DNA of 64,000 bases from an uncultured Acidobacteriota bacterium (lineage in GTDB: Bacteria; Acidobacteriota; Thermoanaerobaculia; Multivoradales; JAHEKO01), in the NCBI GenBank assembly GCA_963713825.1, contig CAVQNG010000004.1:96001-160000 (forward strand), given 5' to 3'. Below, piece after piece: positions 40,846 to 49,723 of this stretch. Both the position numbers and the translations under genes were made by a program. The number at the start of each line of letters is the position of its first letter. Position 1 is the first letter of the stretch. Below the pieces are notes generated by a model that searched no databases, was not told the DNA's origin, and was given only the letters and a program-made list of their open reading frames with translations.

Positions 40846-41487
40846 TCACCGCCGCGGTAGCTGAAGGCCGAAGTCGGCCAACCTCTGTTTGAGCCGATAG
40901 ACCACGGAGTCAACGCAGCTCGGCGTCAGGCCGCCACCGAGTTGGCGACAGATCTCCCGGCTACTGTGGCCCTCGAAGAAGGCCAGGTAGAGCACGTTCA
41001 GGTCGCGGACCGGTCTCTTGCCCACGACATCGCGGCAGCGTTCCAGAAAGAACCGCCGTCGCTCCCGATTCAGCACCCAGTCCTCGGGTGTGGGAGAACG
41101 ATCGATCGCACATTCGGCCGGGTCTTTCTCGAAGCCCAGCAGGCGATCGACCAGGTGGCGACGACCCCGCTTGAGAGCCGAGCTGGACCGCAGATGGTCC
41201 ACTACCACCCGCTCGCCGATCCGGCCCAGATAAGCACTGAGCTCGGACTCTCGCTTGGCACGGCAGCGGCGCAGGCCGAGGGCCTGATTGTCGAGCAAGC
41301 GAAGATAGGCGTTCTGAACTAGATCCTCACGCTCCTCACGGCTCAAGCGAACGCCGAAACGCCGCACTGCCCGGTCGATTCCTCCTGTCAGACGATCTTC
41401 GAAGCGTTGTACGAACTCTCTCCAGCTCTCCCTCTCGAAGGAGCTGGCGCATCGCGTCAGCAGGTCGCCGATCTCGTCTTCTGCCAT
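40846..41487 (-). CDS. ECF-type RNA polymerase sigma factor
   Basis: W..FV.RF, EDLVQ..Y.RL region 2; C-terminal HTH region 4 (G.S..EI...L...V.S...R); AAGGAG RBS. Confidence 0.8.
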   Translation of the reverse strand: MAEDEIGDLLTRCASSFERESWREFVQRFEDRLTGGIDRAVRRFGVRLSREEREDLVQNAYLRLLDNQALGLRRCRAKRESELSAYLGRIGERVVVDHLRSSSALKRGRRHLVDRLLGFEKDPAECAIDRSPTPEDWVLNRERRRFFLERCRDVVGKRPVRDLNVLYLAFFEGHSSREICRQLGGGLTPSCVDSVVYRLKQRLADFGLQLPRR

Positions 41488-41495
41488 CGTTGGAA

Positions 41496-41523
41496 CTCCT
41501 TTCCATAGGAATATGGAGAGGAG
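41496..41523 (-). promoter_or_regulatory. RBS-sequestering hairpin upstream of the ECF sigma gene
   Basis: mRNA CUCCUCUCCAUA-UUCC-UAUGGAAAGGAG, 11 of 12 pairs, ending 8 nt before AUG. Confidence 0.6.
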
Positions 41524-41764
41524 GTCGAACGACTGGATGGAAAAAGATTGATCAGGTCAGCGAGGACCTGCAGCCGGTAGGGAGACTCATTCTACCATCC
41601 CACTTTAGGCTTGCAGCTCGCAGCGCCTCGAGCCGAGACAGCGATCCACCGAGGAAGGGCTCAACAGACTCCGAACACACCTTGACCAGAAGCCCGCCCG
41701 GACCTCGTGACCGGGGCTCTTGAAAGGGTAGAGCTTGTGGAGCTTGTTCGGGCGGAACGACCAG

Positions 41765-41920
41765 CTAGCGGAGCTTGTCTTCCACGAATTCGACATGCTG
41801 GCGGATTTTCGGATCGTACTTCTTGAGACGAAGCTTGCCGGTACCCAGCTTCTTGTTCTTCGTCGTGGTGTAGAAGTACCCCGTGCCTGCCGAGGAAACG
41901 AGCTTGATCTTCTCTCTCAT
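41765..41920 (-). CDS. rpmG: 50S ribosomal protein L33 (Cys-free form)
   Basis: Translated by hand, below the ORF-track cutoff: [51 protein letters not shown]; AAGGAG RBS. Confidence 0.96.
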   Translation of the reverse strand: MREKIKLVSSAGTGYFYTTTKNKKLGTGKLRLKKYDPKIRQHVEFVEDKLR

Positions 41921-42016
41921 GGCAATCTCCTTACCCACCGCGCTCCCCTGACGCTTCCAGCCCGTGAATCCGGGTTGACCAACTAAGGTTCGCGCGCGGG
42001 GGACTTCGTCGCAGAC

Positions 42017-42093
<77 letters not shown>

Positions 42094-42129
42094 GCAAATC
42101 CTGCAATCGCCGGAACTCTGAAAGGTAGC

Positions 42130-42204
42130 TGGTGGGAGGTGAGGGATTTGAACCCACGACCCCCTGCGTGTAAGGCAGGTGCTCTTCCACTGAGCTAACC
42201 TCCC
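42130..42204 (-). tRNA. tRNA-Val (TAC)
   Basis: GGGAGGTTAGCTCAGTGGAAGAGC..CTTACAC..GGTTCAAATCC..CCTCCCACCA. Confidence 0.97.
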
Positions 42205-42219
42205 GCCCGGCGACGCGAA

Positions 42220-42248
42220 ATACTACGGGAGGGTAGCCGGGAAGTCAA
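42220..42248 (-). promoter_or_regulatory. Sigma-70 promoter for tRNA-Val/tRNA-Asp(/rpmG)
   Basis: TTGACT-N17-TAGTAT followed by a GC-rich discriminator. Confidence 0.65.
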
Positions 42249-42501
42249 TCACTAAGTGCCCCACATCCTCCTCTGGCCCGATTGCCGCACTCCCAGCAGA
42301 GTCGCCGCGCCAGCCTGATCGACTCCATCGGCCCCCTTGAGACGGCCACTTTTTTGCCGACGCCAAGAAAATTTTGAACATTGGCAATTCTCGATACGTC
42401 AATTTTTCACTGAATACATACCAACATTTTCCTACATGCGCCTCGATTCGAGGCTCCGATCGTTCTTCTCAGTTCTCTGAGCACGATCCCAGGCTCTTTA
42501 T

Positions 42502-42591
42502 TTTCAATAGTTTACAGGAATCCCTGCCATCCGGGAGAACGGCAGGGATGGACTCCAGGGCTGCGGCGGTCGAATCTGGCATGGCCATTGC
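42502..42591 (+). promoter_or_regulatory. Sigma-54 promoter with upstream IHF-like site
   Basis: TGGCATGGCCATTGC at 42577-42591 (GG-N10-GC); TTTCAA-TAGT-TTA at 42502-42514 is one mismatch from WATCAANNNNTTR. Confidence 0.6.
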
Positions 42592-42719
42592 CCTATACAG
42601 CCTTCGATTGCAAATTGGAGTTCATCGCTTAAGGAACAGCAAACAAGGGATGCCGAACCAGCAAAGACGAACGCATAAGGAGACCAACGAATCATCCCTG
42701 ACACAGAACGGAGCGAATC

Positions 42720-43151
42720 ATGGAACAGATCAAACAAATGACCAGAGAGTCTCGAAGCGACCGGGTCACGCCCTTCGCCACCCACCCCAGCGTTCCCGAC
42801 CGCGTACTGAGCAAGTTCTTCAAGGCCCTCTCCGACCAGACTCGCCGCAACATCCTGAGGCTGCTCGAGAATCACCCACTGAGCGTCGGTGAGATCGTCG
42901 ACAATTTTCAGCTCTCCCAACCGACGATCTCGCGACACCTGGCCGTACTCCGCGAGGCCGACCTGGTTGTCGATCAGCGTCGAGGCCAGCACGTGATCTA
43001 CCAGATCAACTCCTCCCGCCTCGCCGCGTCGATGCTCGAGTTCTTCCGTGAGTTCCGTCAGTCAAGGCAGGAGCTGGAACGTCTGAGCGGCCGTCCCGAG
43101 CAGACCAACACCACTCCTCTCTCTCGCCCTCCGCGTCCAACGATTCGCTGA
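42720..43151 (+). CDS. ArsR/SmtB family transcriptional regulator
   Basis: FKALSDQTRRNIL, SQPTISRHLAVL, RRGQHVIY; GGAG RBS. Confidence 0.9.
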   Translation: MEQIKQMTRESRSDRVTPFATHPSVPDRVLSKFFKALSDQTRRNILRLLENHPLSVGEIVDNFQLSQPTISRHLAVLREADLVVDQRRGQHVIYQINSSRLAASMLEFFREFRQSRQELERLSGRPEQTNTTPLSRPPRPTIR

Positions 43152-43166
43152 TCTCCTCTTCTTCGA

Positions 43167-43200
43167 GAACCGCTCGGGTATCCAGGTGCCCGAGCGGTTC
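43167..43200 (+). terminator. GC-rich hairpin after the ArsR gene
   Basis: gaaccgctcgggtat-ccag-gtgcccgagcggttc; no U tract. Confidence 0.5.
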
Positions 43201-43307
43201 GCATATACCCTCGCCAGCAACCCCAGGTCCGGCTATAATCTGCAGCCCGAGCCTTCAGGAGCAGCCCTTCGGGCCACTCCAGAGCTCGGTGGTTTTCTTG
43301 AGATCAA

Positions 43308-43384
43308 GGCGGTGTAGCTCAGCTGGTTAGAGCGAGCGACTCATAATCGCTAGGTCAGAGGTTCAAGTCCTCTCACCGCCACCA
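43308..43384 (+). tRNA. tRNA with CAT anticodon (elongator Met or Ile2)
   Basis: GGCGGTGTAGCTCAGCTGGTTAGAGC..CTCATAA..GGTTCAAGTCC..CACCGCCACCA; paired G1:C72, so not the initiator; TATAAT at 43234. Confidence 0.95.
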
Positions 43385-43396
43385 TCTTCTTCCAGT

Positions 43397-44758
43397 GTGA
43401 CTCTCTTCGACGCACTCGAGACCTTCCTCACCAGGGAGGCTCACGTTCAGCCCGGCGACGGGCTGCTGGTCGCGTTCTCCGGCGGCCCAGATTCCCTGGC
43501 CCTCCTCTGGGGCTTGACGCAGGTCGCACCCCGGCACGGTCTCTCGCTGACAGCGGCCCATCTGGATCACGGGCTCGATGGAGATTCGTCTCGCCGGGCC
43601 CGGACCGCCAAGGCACATTGCGACTCACTGCACGTCCCCATCTGGCTGGAGCGCAGGGAGGTGACCCTGGAGAGAGGGCCAGGTGAGAGCCTCGAGAGCG
43701 CCTGCAGACGCATTCGATACGTTTTTCTCGAGGAGATTCGGACCCGTTGCGCCGCCGCATTCACCTTGACTGCACACCATGCCGACGACCAGGCCGAGAC
43801 GGTGCTGCTGCGCCTCGCCTTCGGCAGCGGCCTGGCTGGCCTGGCGGGCATCACCTCTCGCCGGGATCGAGTTCTGCGCCCACTGCTCCGCCTGAGCCGC
43901 ACGGACCTCCTCGAGGCGACTCGATTCGCCGGCTTGACTCCAGTCGTCGACCCCACGAATCTCGACCTCAGAGCACCGCGCAATCGGTTTCGGCACCTCG
44001 TCTTGCCACGGCTAGCAGCAGCCGACCCCGACATCCGTGGCCGTCTGGAGCGACTATCGAACTCCGCCCGGCAGGTCCAGATCCGACTGGATCGATATCT
44101 GCCTCGGCAGCTCGACCTGCAGGTCGAGCGCGGCGAGGTGAGCGTCTCCAGGCAGCTGCTCTCGGAGTTTCCACCAGAGGTCCTTCCCTTTGCCCTCAGC
44201 CTGATGCACCGTTCTGCCGGTGTCCCCTATCCGCCGTCTAAGAAGGCGCGTCTCGACTTGTCCCGCCAGTTGCTCTGCACTACGACAGTCGGTTGCGATT
44301 GCGGCGGGGGCTGGCGTTGGGAAAGCGAGAACGAGCGGATCTGGCTGCGCAGGAGTCAACCGCGACCGGCTCCTTTCGCTTATACTCTCAAGGTGCCAGG
44401 GGAGTGCGTCATTCCCGAGGCCGGTCTGCGGTTCCGAATCGAGCCAGGCAAGACGGCCCACTGGATGTTCGCAAGCTCGCCACGACGGACAGGATTGGCG
44501 TTGCCGATCGTCGCCGGTGATGAGGTTACGATTCGCAATCGGCGTCCTGGTGATCGGTTTCAACCGTTGGGTTGTGCCTACACGCGGCGCCTCAAGGACG
44601 TCTTGATGGATCGCCGAGTGCCGCGCCGCGAGAGAGATCGTCTCCCCCTGCTCTTTGTGGGCTCCCGGCTGGCCTGGGTGCCTGGAGTGACTGTCAACGA
44701 GGACTTCAAGATCGCGGAGAGTGAGTCCGTCTGGGTTGCCCAGATCGATCCGCTGTAA
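43397..44758 (+). CDS. tilS: tRNA(Ile)-lysidine synthetase
   Basis: SGGPDS, HLDHGL, R..RY, AHHADDQAET, RPLL, DPTN, RN..RH; C-terminal TilS domain. Confidence 0.95.
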   Translation: MTLFDALETFLTREAHVQPGDGLLVAFSGGPDSLALLWGLTQVAPRHGLSLTAAHLDHGLDGDSSRRARTAKAHCDSLHVPIWLERREVTLERGPGESLESACRRIRYVFLEEIRTRCAAAFTLTAHHADDQAETVLLRLAFGSGLAGLAGITSRRDRVLRPLLRLSRTDLLEATRFAGLTPVVDPTNLDLRAPRNRFRHLVLPRLAAADPDIRGRLERLSNSARQVQIRLDRYLPRQLDLQVERGEVSVSRQLLSEFPPEVLPFALSLMHRSAGVPYPPSKKARLDLSRQLLCTTTVGCDCGGGWRWESENERIWLRRSQPRPAPFAYTLKVPGECVIPEAGLRFRIEPGKTAHWMFASSPRRTGLALPIVAGDEVTIRNRRPGDRFQPLGCAYTRRLKDVLMDRRVPRRERDRLPLLFVGSRLAWVPGVTVNEDFKIAESESVWVAQIDPL

Positions 44759-44763
44759 CCACC

Positions 44764-45294
44764 ATGGATATCCGACCGCTTTTTGACGCAGACATCATTC
44801 AGGAGAAGGTGACCGAACTGGGTCGTCGCTTGGGCAACGATCTGGGAGGGGCCGACCCCTGGATTATCTCCATCGTGGGTGGCTCGGTACTGTTCCTGGC
44901 CGATTTGATCCGCGCGATCGAGCAACCCGTGCGATTCGATTTCATTCAGGTTCAGTACTCCGTCAGCGCATACGAGGGGGATCTCCTGGAGATCCACTAC
45001 CCAATCTCGCTGAACGTGGAAGATCAGAATCTCGTCATCCTCAAGGATGTCGTCGTATCAGGCGTTATCGAGAACTACCTTTCCAACCAGTTCCTGCAGC
45101 GAGGTGCTCGACAGGTTCAGTTCGCTGGTCTGATCGATATCCAAGACCAGAGAAAGACCGACTTCCAACCCGACTACAGCCTGTTCACGACGGAACGCCA
45201 GGGCACCTTCGTTGGTTATGGACTCAAACATCTGGGCCGCTTCGGCAACCTGCCGTTCATCGGCATCGTAGAACAGGACGAGGACGATCGCTGA
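44764..45294 (+). CDS. Hypoxanthine phosphoribosyltransferase homolog with degenerate active site
   Basis: F.ADL.R.I, FDFI and FVGYGL..GNLP.IG patterns plus tilS-hpt-ftsH synteny; PRPP motif altered to VILKDVVVSG. Confidence 0.75.
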   Translation: MDIRPLFDADIIQEKVTELGRRLGNDLGGADPWIISIVGGSVLFLADLIRAIEQPVRFDFIQVQYSVSAYEGDLLEIHYPISLNVEDQNLVILKDVVVSGVIENYLSNQFLQRGARQVQFAGLIDIQDQRKTDFQPDYSLFTTERQGTFVGYGLKHLGRFGNLPFIGIVEQDEDDR

Positions 45295-45343
45295 GACGAG
45301 CTGGATCGTCGCCAGCACTGCCCCATCTCGAGGAATTTGAATC

Positions 45344-47329
45344 TTGACTCCAACCGTTAGAACACTGATTGTCTGGATCGCGATCTTCGTCGTGGTCATT
45401 CTGTTGTGGAACACCTTTCAAGCGGGTCGAGTGAGTCGCTTCCCCCTGACCTTCACCGAGTTCCTCGAGCAGGTCGAACAGGGGCGCGTAGCGGAAGTCA
45501 CCATTCGCGGCCAGGAAGTCTCCGGATCCTTCACCGAAGGAGGCCAGTATGCCGCCGGGGACAGCTTCTTCACCTATCTACCCGAGTACCCGGATCTGGT
45601 CACGGAGCTCCGGGACGCTGGCGTGATCATCAAGGCCGAGGAGCCGCGAGAGAATCCACTACTCCAATTCCTCTTTGGCTGGGCGCCGTTCCTACTCATT
45701 ATCGGACTGTGGATTTTCTTCATGCGCCAGATGCAGTCCGGTGGCAATAAGGCTCTTTCCTTCGGCAAGAGCAAAGCCAAGCTCCTCAGTACCTCTGGCA
45801 AGAAAGTGACGTTCCAGGACGTCGCCGGCGTCGAAGAGGCCAAGGAAGAGCTAGCCGAGATCATCGATTTCCTCAAGGAGCCCCAGAAGTTCCAGAAGCT
45901 GGGCGGCAAGATCCCGAAAGGCGTCCTCCTGATGGGACCGCCAGGCACCGGCAAGACGCTGCTCGCCAGGGCGATCGCCGGAGAAGCGGGCGTGCCCTTC
46001 TTCTCCATCTCCGGTTCCGATTTCGTGGAAATGTTCGTCGGTGTCGGTGCCAGTCGCGTGCGTGATCTCTTCGAGCAAGGAAAGAAGAACGCTCCCTGCA
46101 TCGTCTTCATTGACGAGATCGACGCCGTCGGACGACATCGCGGCGCTGGACTCGGCGGCGGCCACGACGAGCGTGAGCAGACTCTCAACCAGCTGCTGGT
46201 CGAGATGGATGGATTCGAATCCAACGAGGGCGTGATCCTCATTGCGGCGACCAACCGTCCTGATGTTCTGGACCCCGCATTGCTGCGCCCTGGCCGATTC
46301 GACAGACGGGTCGTTGTAGACCGGCCAGACATCAACGGTCGTCTGGGGATCCTCAAGGTTCATACGCGAGAGATCCCGCTCTCCGATGACGTCAACCTGG
46401 AAGTCCTGGCACGCGGTACGCCAGGATTCGCCGGTGCCGACCTCGCGAACATGGTGAACGAGGCTGCCCTCGTCGCGGCGGGCAGAGAGCGAGAAATGGT
46501 GGCAATGGAGGATTTCGAGTACGCCAAGGACAAGGTCCTGATGGGGGTCGAGCGTAAGACCCTCATGCTGACCGACGAGGAAAAGCGCATCACGGCCTAC
46601 CACGAGGCTGGCCATGCCCTGGTCGCTGCCTTTGTCGTTGGCTCCGATCCCCTCCACAAAGTGACGGTGATCCCTCGCGGGCGCGCTCTTGGAGTCACCA
46701 TGCAGCTTCCCCTCGAGGACAAGTACACCTACCGAAGGACCTATGTCGAAGGGCAAATCGCCATTCTGATGGGTGGTCGGATCGCCGAGGAGCTGACACA
46801 GGACGACATCACGACCGGTGCCGGCAACGACATCGAGCGGGCGACCGAGATGGCACGCCGCATGGTCTGTGAGTGGGGTATGTCCGAATTGGGACCCCTC
46901 TCGTTCGGCAGCAAGGACGAGCCCGTGTTTCTCGGTCGTGATTTCAATCAGCGCGCCGACTACAGCGAAGACACCGCCATTCGAATCGATCGCGAAGTGG
47001 ACAGAATCGTTCAGACGGCCTACGAAAGCGCCCGCAAGATCCTGACCGACAATCGCGCCGTGCTGGAGCGCCTGGCCCAGGAGCTTCTCGAACACGAGTC
47101 GCTGGACGGTACCGAGGTTTACGCCACCATCGAGGAAATGACCGGCAAGGACCTCCTGCCGACGCTTCCTAAAGCCAAGTCTCTGGAGGCCCAGCCTGAA
47201 GAGGTCGCGTCTGCAACACAATCGGAGACTTTGGAAGAGGTCGAAATCGAGGACCTCCCGGACGAAGTTCTCGACGCGACTGCCGAGCAGGATTCACCAC
47301 CATCGAGCCCTCGACCGACTGCAGAGTAG
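45344..47329 (+). CDS. ftsH: ATP-dependent zinc metalloprotease FtsH
   Basis: 2 [35 protein letters not shown]. Confidence 0.98.
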   Translation: MTPTVRTLIVWIAIFVVVILLWNTFQAGRVSRFPLTFTEFLEQVEQGRVAEVTIRGQEVSGSFTEGGQYAAGDSFFTYLPEYPDLVTELRDAGVIIKAEEPRENPLLQFLFGWAPFLLIIGLWIFFMRQMQSGGNKALSFGKSKAKLLSTSGKKVTFQDVAGVEEAKEELAEIIDFLKEPQKFQKLGGKIPKGVLLMGPPGTGKTLLARAIAGEAGVPFFSISGSDFVEMFVGVGASRVRDLFEQGKKNAPCIVFIDEIDAVGRHRGAGLGGGHDEREQTLNQLLVEMDGFESNEGVILIAATNRPDVLDPALLRPGRFDRRVVVDRPDINGRLGILKVHTREIPLSDDVNLEVLARGTPGFAGADLANMVNEAALVAAGREREMVAMEDFEYAKDKVLMGVERKTLMLTDEEKRITAYHEAGHALVAAFVVGSDPLHKVTVIPRGRALGVTMQLPLEDKYTYRRTYVEGQIAILMGGRIAEELTQDDITTGAGNDIERATEMARRMVCEWGMSELGPLSFGSKDEPVFLGRDFNQRADYSEDTAIRIDREVDRIVQTAYESARKILTDNRAVLERLAQELLEHESLDGTEVYATIEEMTGKDLLPTLPKAKSLEAQPEEVASATQSETLEEVEIEDLPDEVLDATAEQDSPPSSPRPTAE

Positions 47330-47358
47330 AAATCCGAAGCCTCAAACCCTTCCGCCCA

Positions 47359-48258
47359 ATGACCACCGTCACCACTCGACAGCTCGCACCACAAGGGCTG
47401 GTCTGTGCCGGCGGTCAGATCTTGGACTTCGAGCGCGCGCCGCTCGTCATGGGGGTGTTGAACCTCACTCCCGACTCCTTTAGCGACGGAGGTTTGTGGA
47501 CGGATCCGCAGAGAGCCTTGGATCGGGCCGAGGAAATGGTCGCCCAGGGGGCCGAGGTCTTGGACCTCGGAGCTGAGTCGACCCGACCCGGCGGTGGGAT
47601 CTACGGCACCGGTGCGCAGTCCGTACCGGCGGAAGAAGAGCTGAGCCGACTGCTGCCCGTCTTGGAACCTCTCAGGAAACGGGTTTCTGTTCCACTCTCT
47701 GTTGACACTCGAAAAAGCCATGTCGCGAAGGTGGCACTCGATGCCGGGGCCGATCTCATCAACGACATCAGCTGTCTTTCGGACCCGGAATTGGCGGTCA
47801 TCGCCGCCGAACGGGGCGCACCGTTGGTCCTGATGCATAGCCGGGGAGACCTGGCTTCGATGCAGAAAGAAACCCACTTCGACGATGTGGTCGAGGAGGT
47901 GATTCAGGACCTCGAGGTGGCCATCGACGAAGCCCGCCGGCGAGGCCTGTCGCGGCATCAGATCCTCGTCGACCCGGGAATCGGATTCGGCAAGAACGGC
48001 CCGCAAAACCTCGAGCTCCTGCGACGCCTCGAAGAGCTCCAGCGACTCGGGCAGCCGATTCTCGTCGGTGCCAGCCGCAAGAGCTTTATCGGCACCATCA
48101 CCGACCAGCCAGCCGACGGCAGACTCGCTGGTAGCCTGGCGGCGATCGCTTGGGCTGCTTCGCAAGGCGCCGCCATGGTTCGGGTTCACGACGTGGCAGA
48201 GACGGTTCAGTTTCTCGCCGTCTGGCGGGCTATCGACACAACAGGGGGACAGCAGTGA
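47359..48258 (+). CDS. folP: Dihydropteroate synthase
   Basis: NLTPDSFSDGG, ESTRPG, DPGIGFGK, SRKSF, RVHDV. Confidence 0.96.
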   Translation: MTTVTTRQLAPQGLVCAGGQILDFERAPLVMGVLNLTPDSFSDGGLWTDPQRALDRAEEMVAQGAEVLDLGAESTRPGGGIYGTGAQSVPAEEELSRLLPVLEPLRKRVSVPLSVDTRKSHVAKVALDAGADLINDISCLSDPELAVIAAERGAPLVLMHSRGDLASMQKETHFDDVVEEVIQDLEVAIDEARRRGLSRHQILVDPGIGFGKNGPQNLELLRRLEELQRLGQPILVGASRKSFIGTITDQPADGRLAGSLAAIAWAASQGAAMVRVHDVAETVQFLAVWRAIDTTGGQQ

Positions 48259-49043
48259 GTCTGGCTGACTGGCTGCAGATCCTGACCTGGCGCGATCTCC
48301 TGGATATCGCGCTCGTGGCGCTGGTCATCTACAACCTCCTGCTACTCATCCGAGGCACGCGAGCCGTTCAGATCATCCTCGGCATCCTCTTCATCGCCGC
48401 CGCGTCGTATCTTGCTGGAGTCGCCAATTTAGAGACCCTTAAGGAGCTCCTCGGAAACTTCCTTCTGGTGCTACCGCTGGCCATTATCGTTCTCTTTCAG
48501 CATGAAATCCGCCACGCCCTTGCCAGTTTCGGTCGCAATCCACTGTGGGGTCTCGGAACCCATCAGCAGGTCGAATCGACCATCAGTGAGATCGTCACAG
48601 CGGCAACCACGTTGTCCGACCGGCGCATCGGTGCCCTGATCGTCATTCAGAGACTGGAAGGCTTGCGGAACTACATCGAGAACGGGGTCGAGATCGACGC
48701 TCGGGTGAGCTACGACCTGCTGATCAATCTCTTCAGCCCGGAAACGCCGCTGCACGATGGTGCGGTCATGCTGCAGCAGGACCGAATCGCCGCCGCCGCC
48801 TGTTTTCTTCCGCTCTCCTTGAATCCCGAGATCTCGAAAGACTACGGTACGCGTCACCGAGCCGCCCTCGGCATCTCCGAAGAGGCGGATGCGCTGGCCG
48901 TTGTCGTCTCTGAAGAGACAGGCGCCATCTCGATCGCCATTGGTGGAGAGCTCATTCGCGACCTGGATTCCAAGAGTCTGCGCAACGCGCTTTACAAGTA
49001 CCTGATCACCGACCTCGGCTCGCTTTCGGAGACGAACCCTTGA
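48255..49043 (+). CDS. cdaA: Diadenylate cyclase CdaA
   Basis: 3 TM, FQ.EIR..L, PLHDGA, GTRHRAA, VSEETG; GTGA overlap with folP. Confidence 0.94.
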   Translation: MSLADWLQILTWRDLLDIALVALVIYNLLLLIRGTRAVQIILGILFIAAASYLAGVANLETLKELLGNFLLVLPLAIIVLFQHEIRHALASFGRNPLWGLGTHQQVESTISEIVTAATTLSDRRIGALIVIQRLEGLRNYIENGVEIDARVSYDLLINLFSPETPLHDGAVMLQQDRIAAAACFLPLSLNPEISKDYGTRHRAALGISEEADALAVVVSEETGAISIAIGGELIRDLDSKSLRNALYKYLITDLGSLSETNP

Positions 49044-49723
49044 GCGAAGCCAAGAGCATCTGGGGATTGCGCCTGCTCGCTCTCGCGCTGGCGGTGACCG
49101 CCTGGTTCATCGTCTCGGTCGAAAAGCGCGAGCCCCTGAATGAGAAGGTTGTCGAGGCGACGGTGCGCTACGACAATTTCCCCGGCTTGATCGTCGTCAA
49201 GAGAGTCGAAGCCGTGCGGGTCGGCGTGCGCGGCACCGTCAGTCGAATGCGCACTCTGAATCCCTACCTGGTCGATGTCTTTGTCGAGCTACCCAATCCG
49301 ACGAGCGGCGCCTTCGATGTGCCGCTGACGGCGGAGAGCGTGATTCTTCCAGAGGCCCTGGAAGTGGTTTCGATCGAGCCCAATATCATCCACCTCGAGC
49401 TCGATGTCGAGAAAACCGATCTGCTGCCAGTGACACCCAGGCTGGAGGGCGAGCCGGCCGCTGGCGCCAAGGTCCGGCTAGCCGAGGTCATCCCTCCCCG
49501 GGTTCTGGTCCGGGGACCCGAGACCATGCTCGACACGATCGGCTCCCTATTCACGACGCCCGTGGATCTGACCGGGCATGCTCTCGATTTCCAAGAGCAG
49601 GCTGCAGTCCTGCCTCCCGACCCCATGGTCAACATAGTTCAGCCCGCCGTGGTCACTGTTCGCATCCTGATGGAGATCCCCGGCACCGATCTACTGACCA
49701 ACTCCGACGACTCGACAGAATGA
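49040..49723 (+). CDS. cdaR: CdaR (YbbR-domain) regulator
   Basis: N-terminal LALA...W TM, two YbbR-like beta repeats, lies between cdaA and glmM. Confidence 0.8.
   Translation: MSEAKSIWGLRLLALALAVTAWFIVSVEKREPLNEKVVEATVRYDNFPGLIVVKRVEAVRVGVRGTVSRMRTLNPYLVDVFVELPNPTSGAFDVPLTAESVILPEALEVVSIEPNIIHLELDVEKTDLLPVTPRLEGEPAAGAKVRLAEVIPPRVLVRGPETMLDTIGSLFTTPVDLTGHALDFQEQAAVLPPDPMVNIVQPAVVTVRILMEIPGTDLLTNSDDSTE

Noticed and set aside
41690-41756. Stem-loop downstream of rpmG with partial similarity to the 55972 element end
   Set aside because: Only a 10-bp stem and short similarity; cannot be distinguished from an ordinary 3' hairpin
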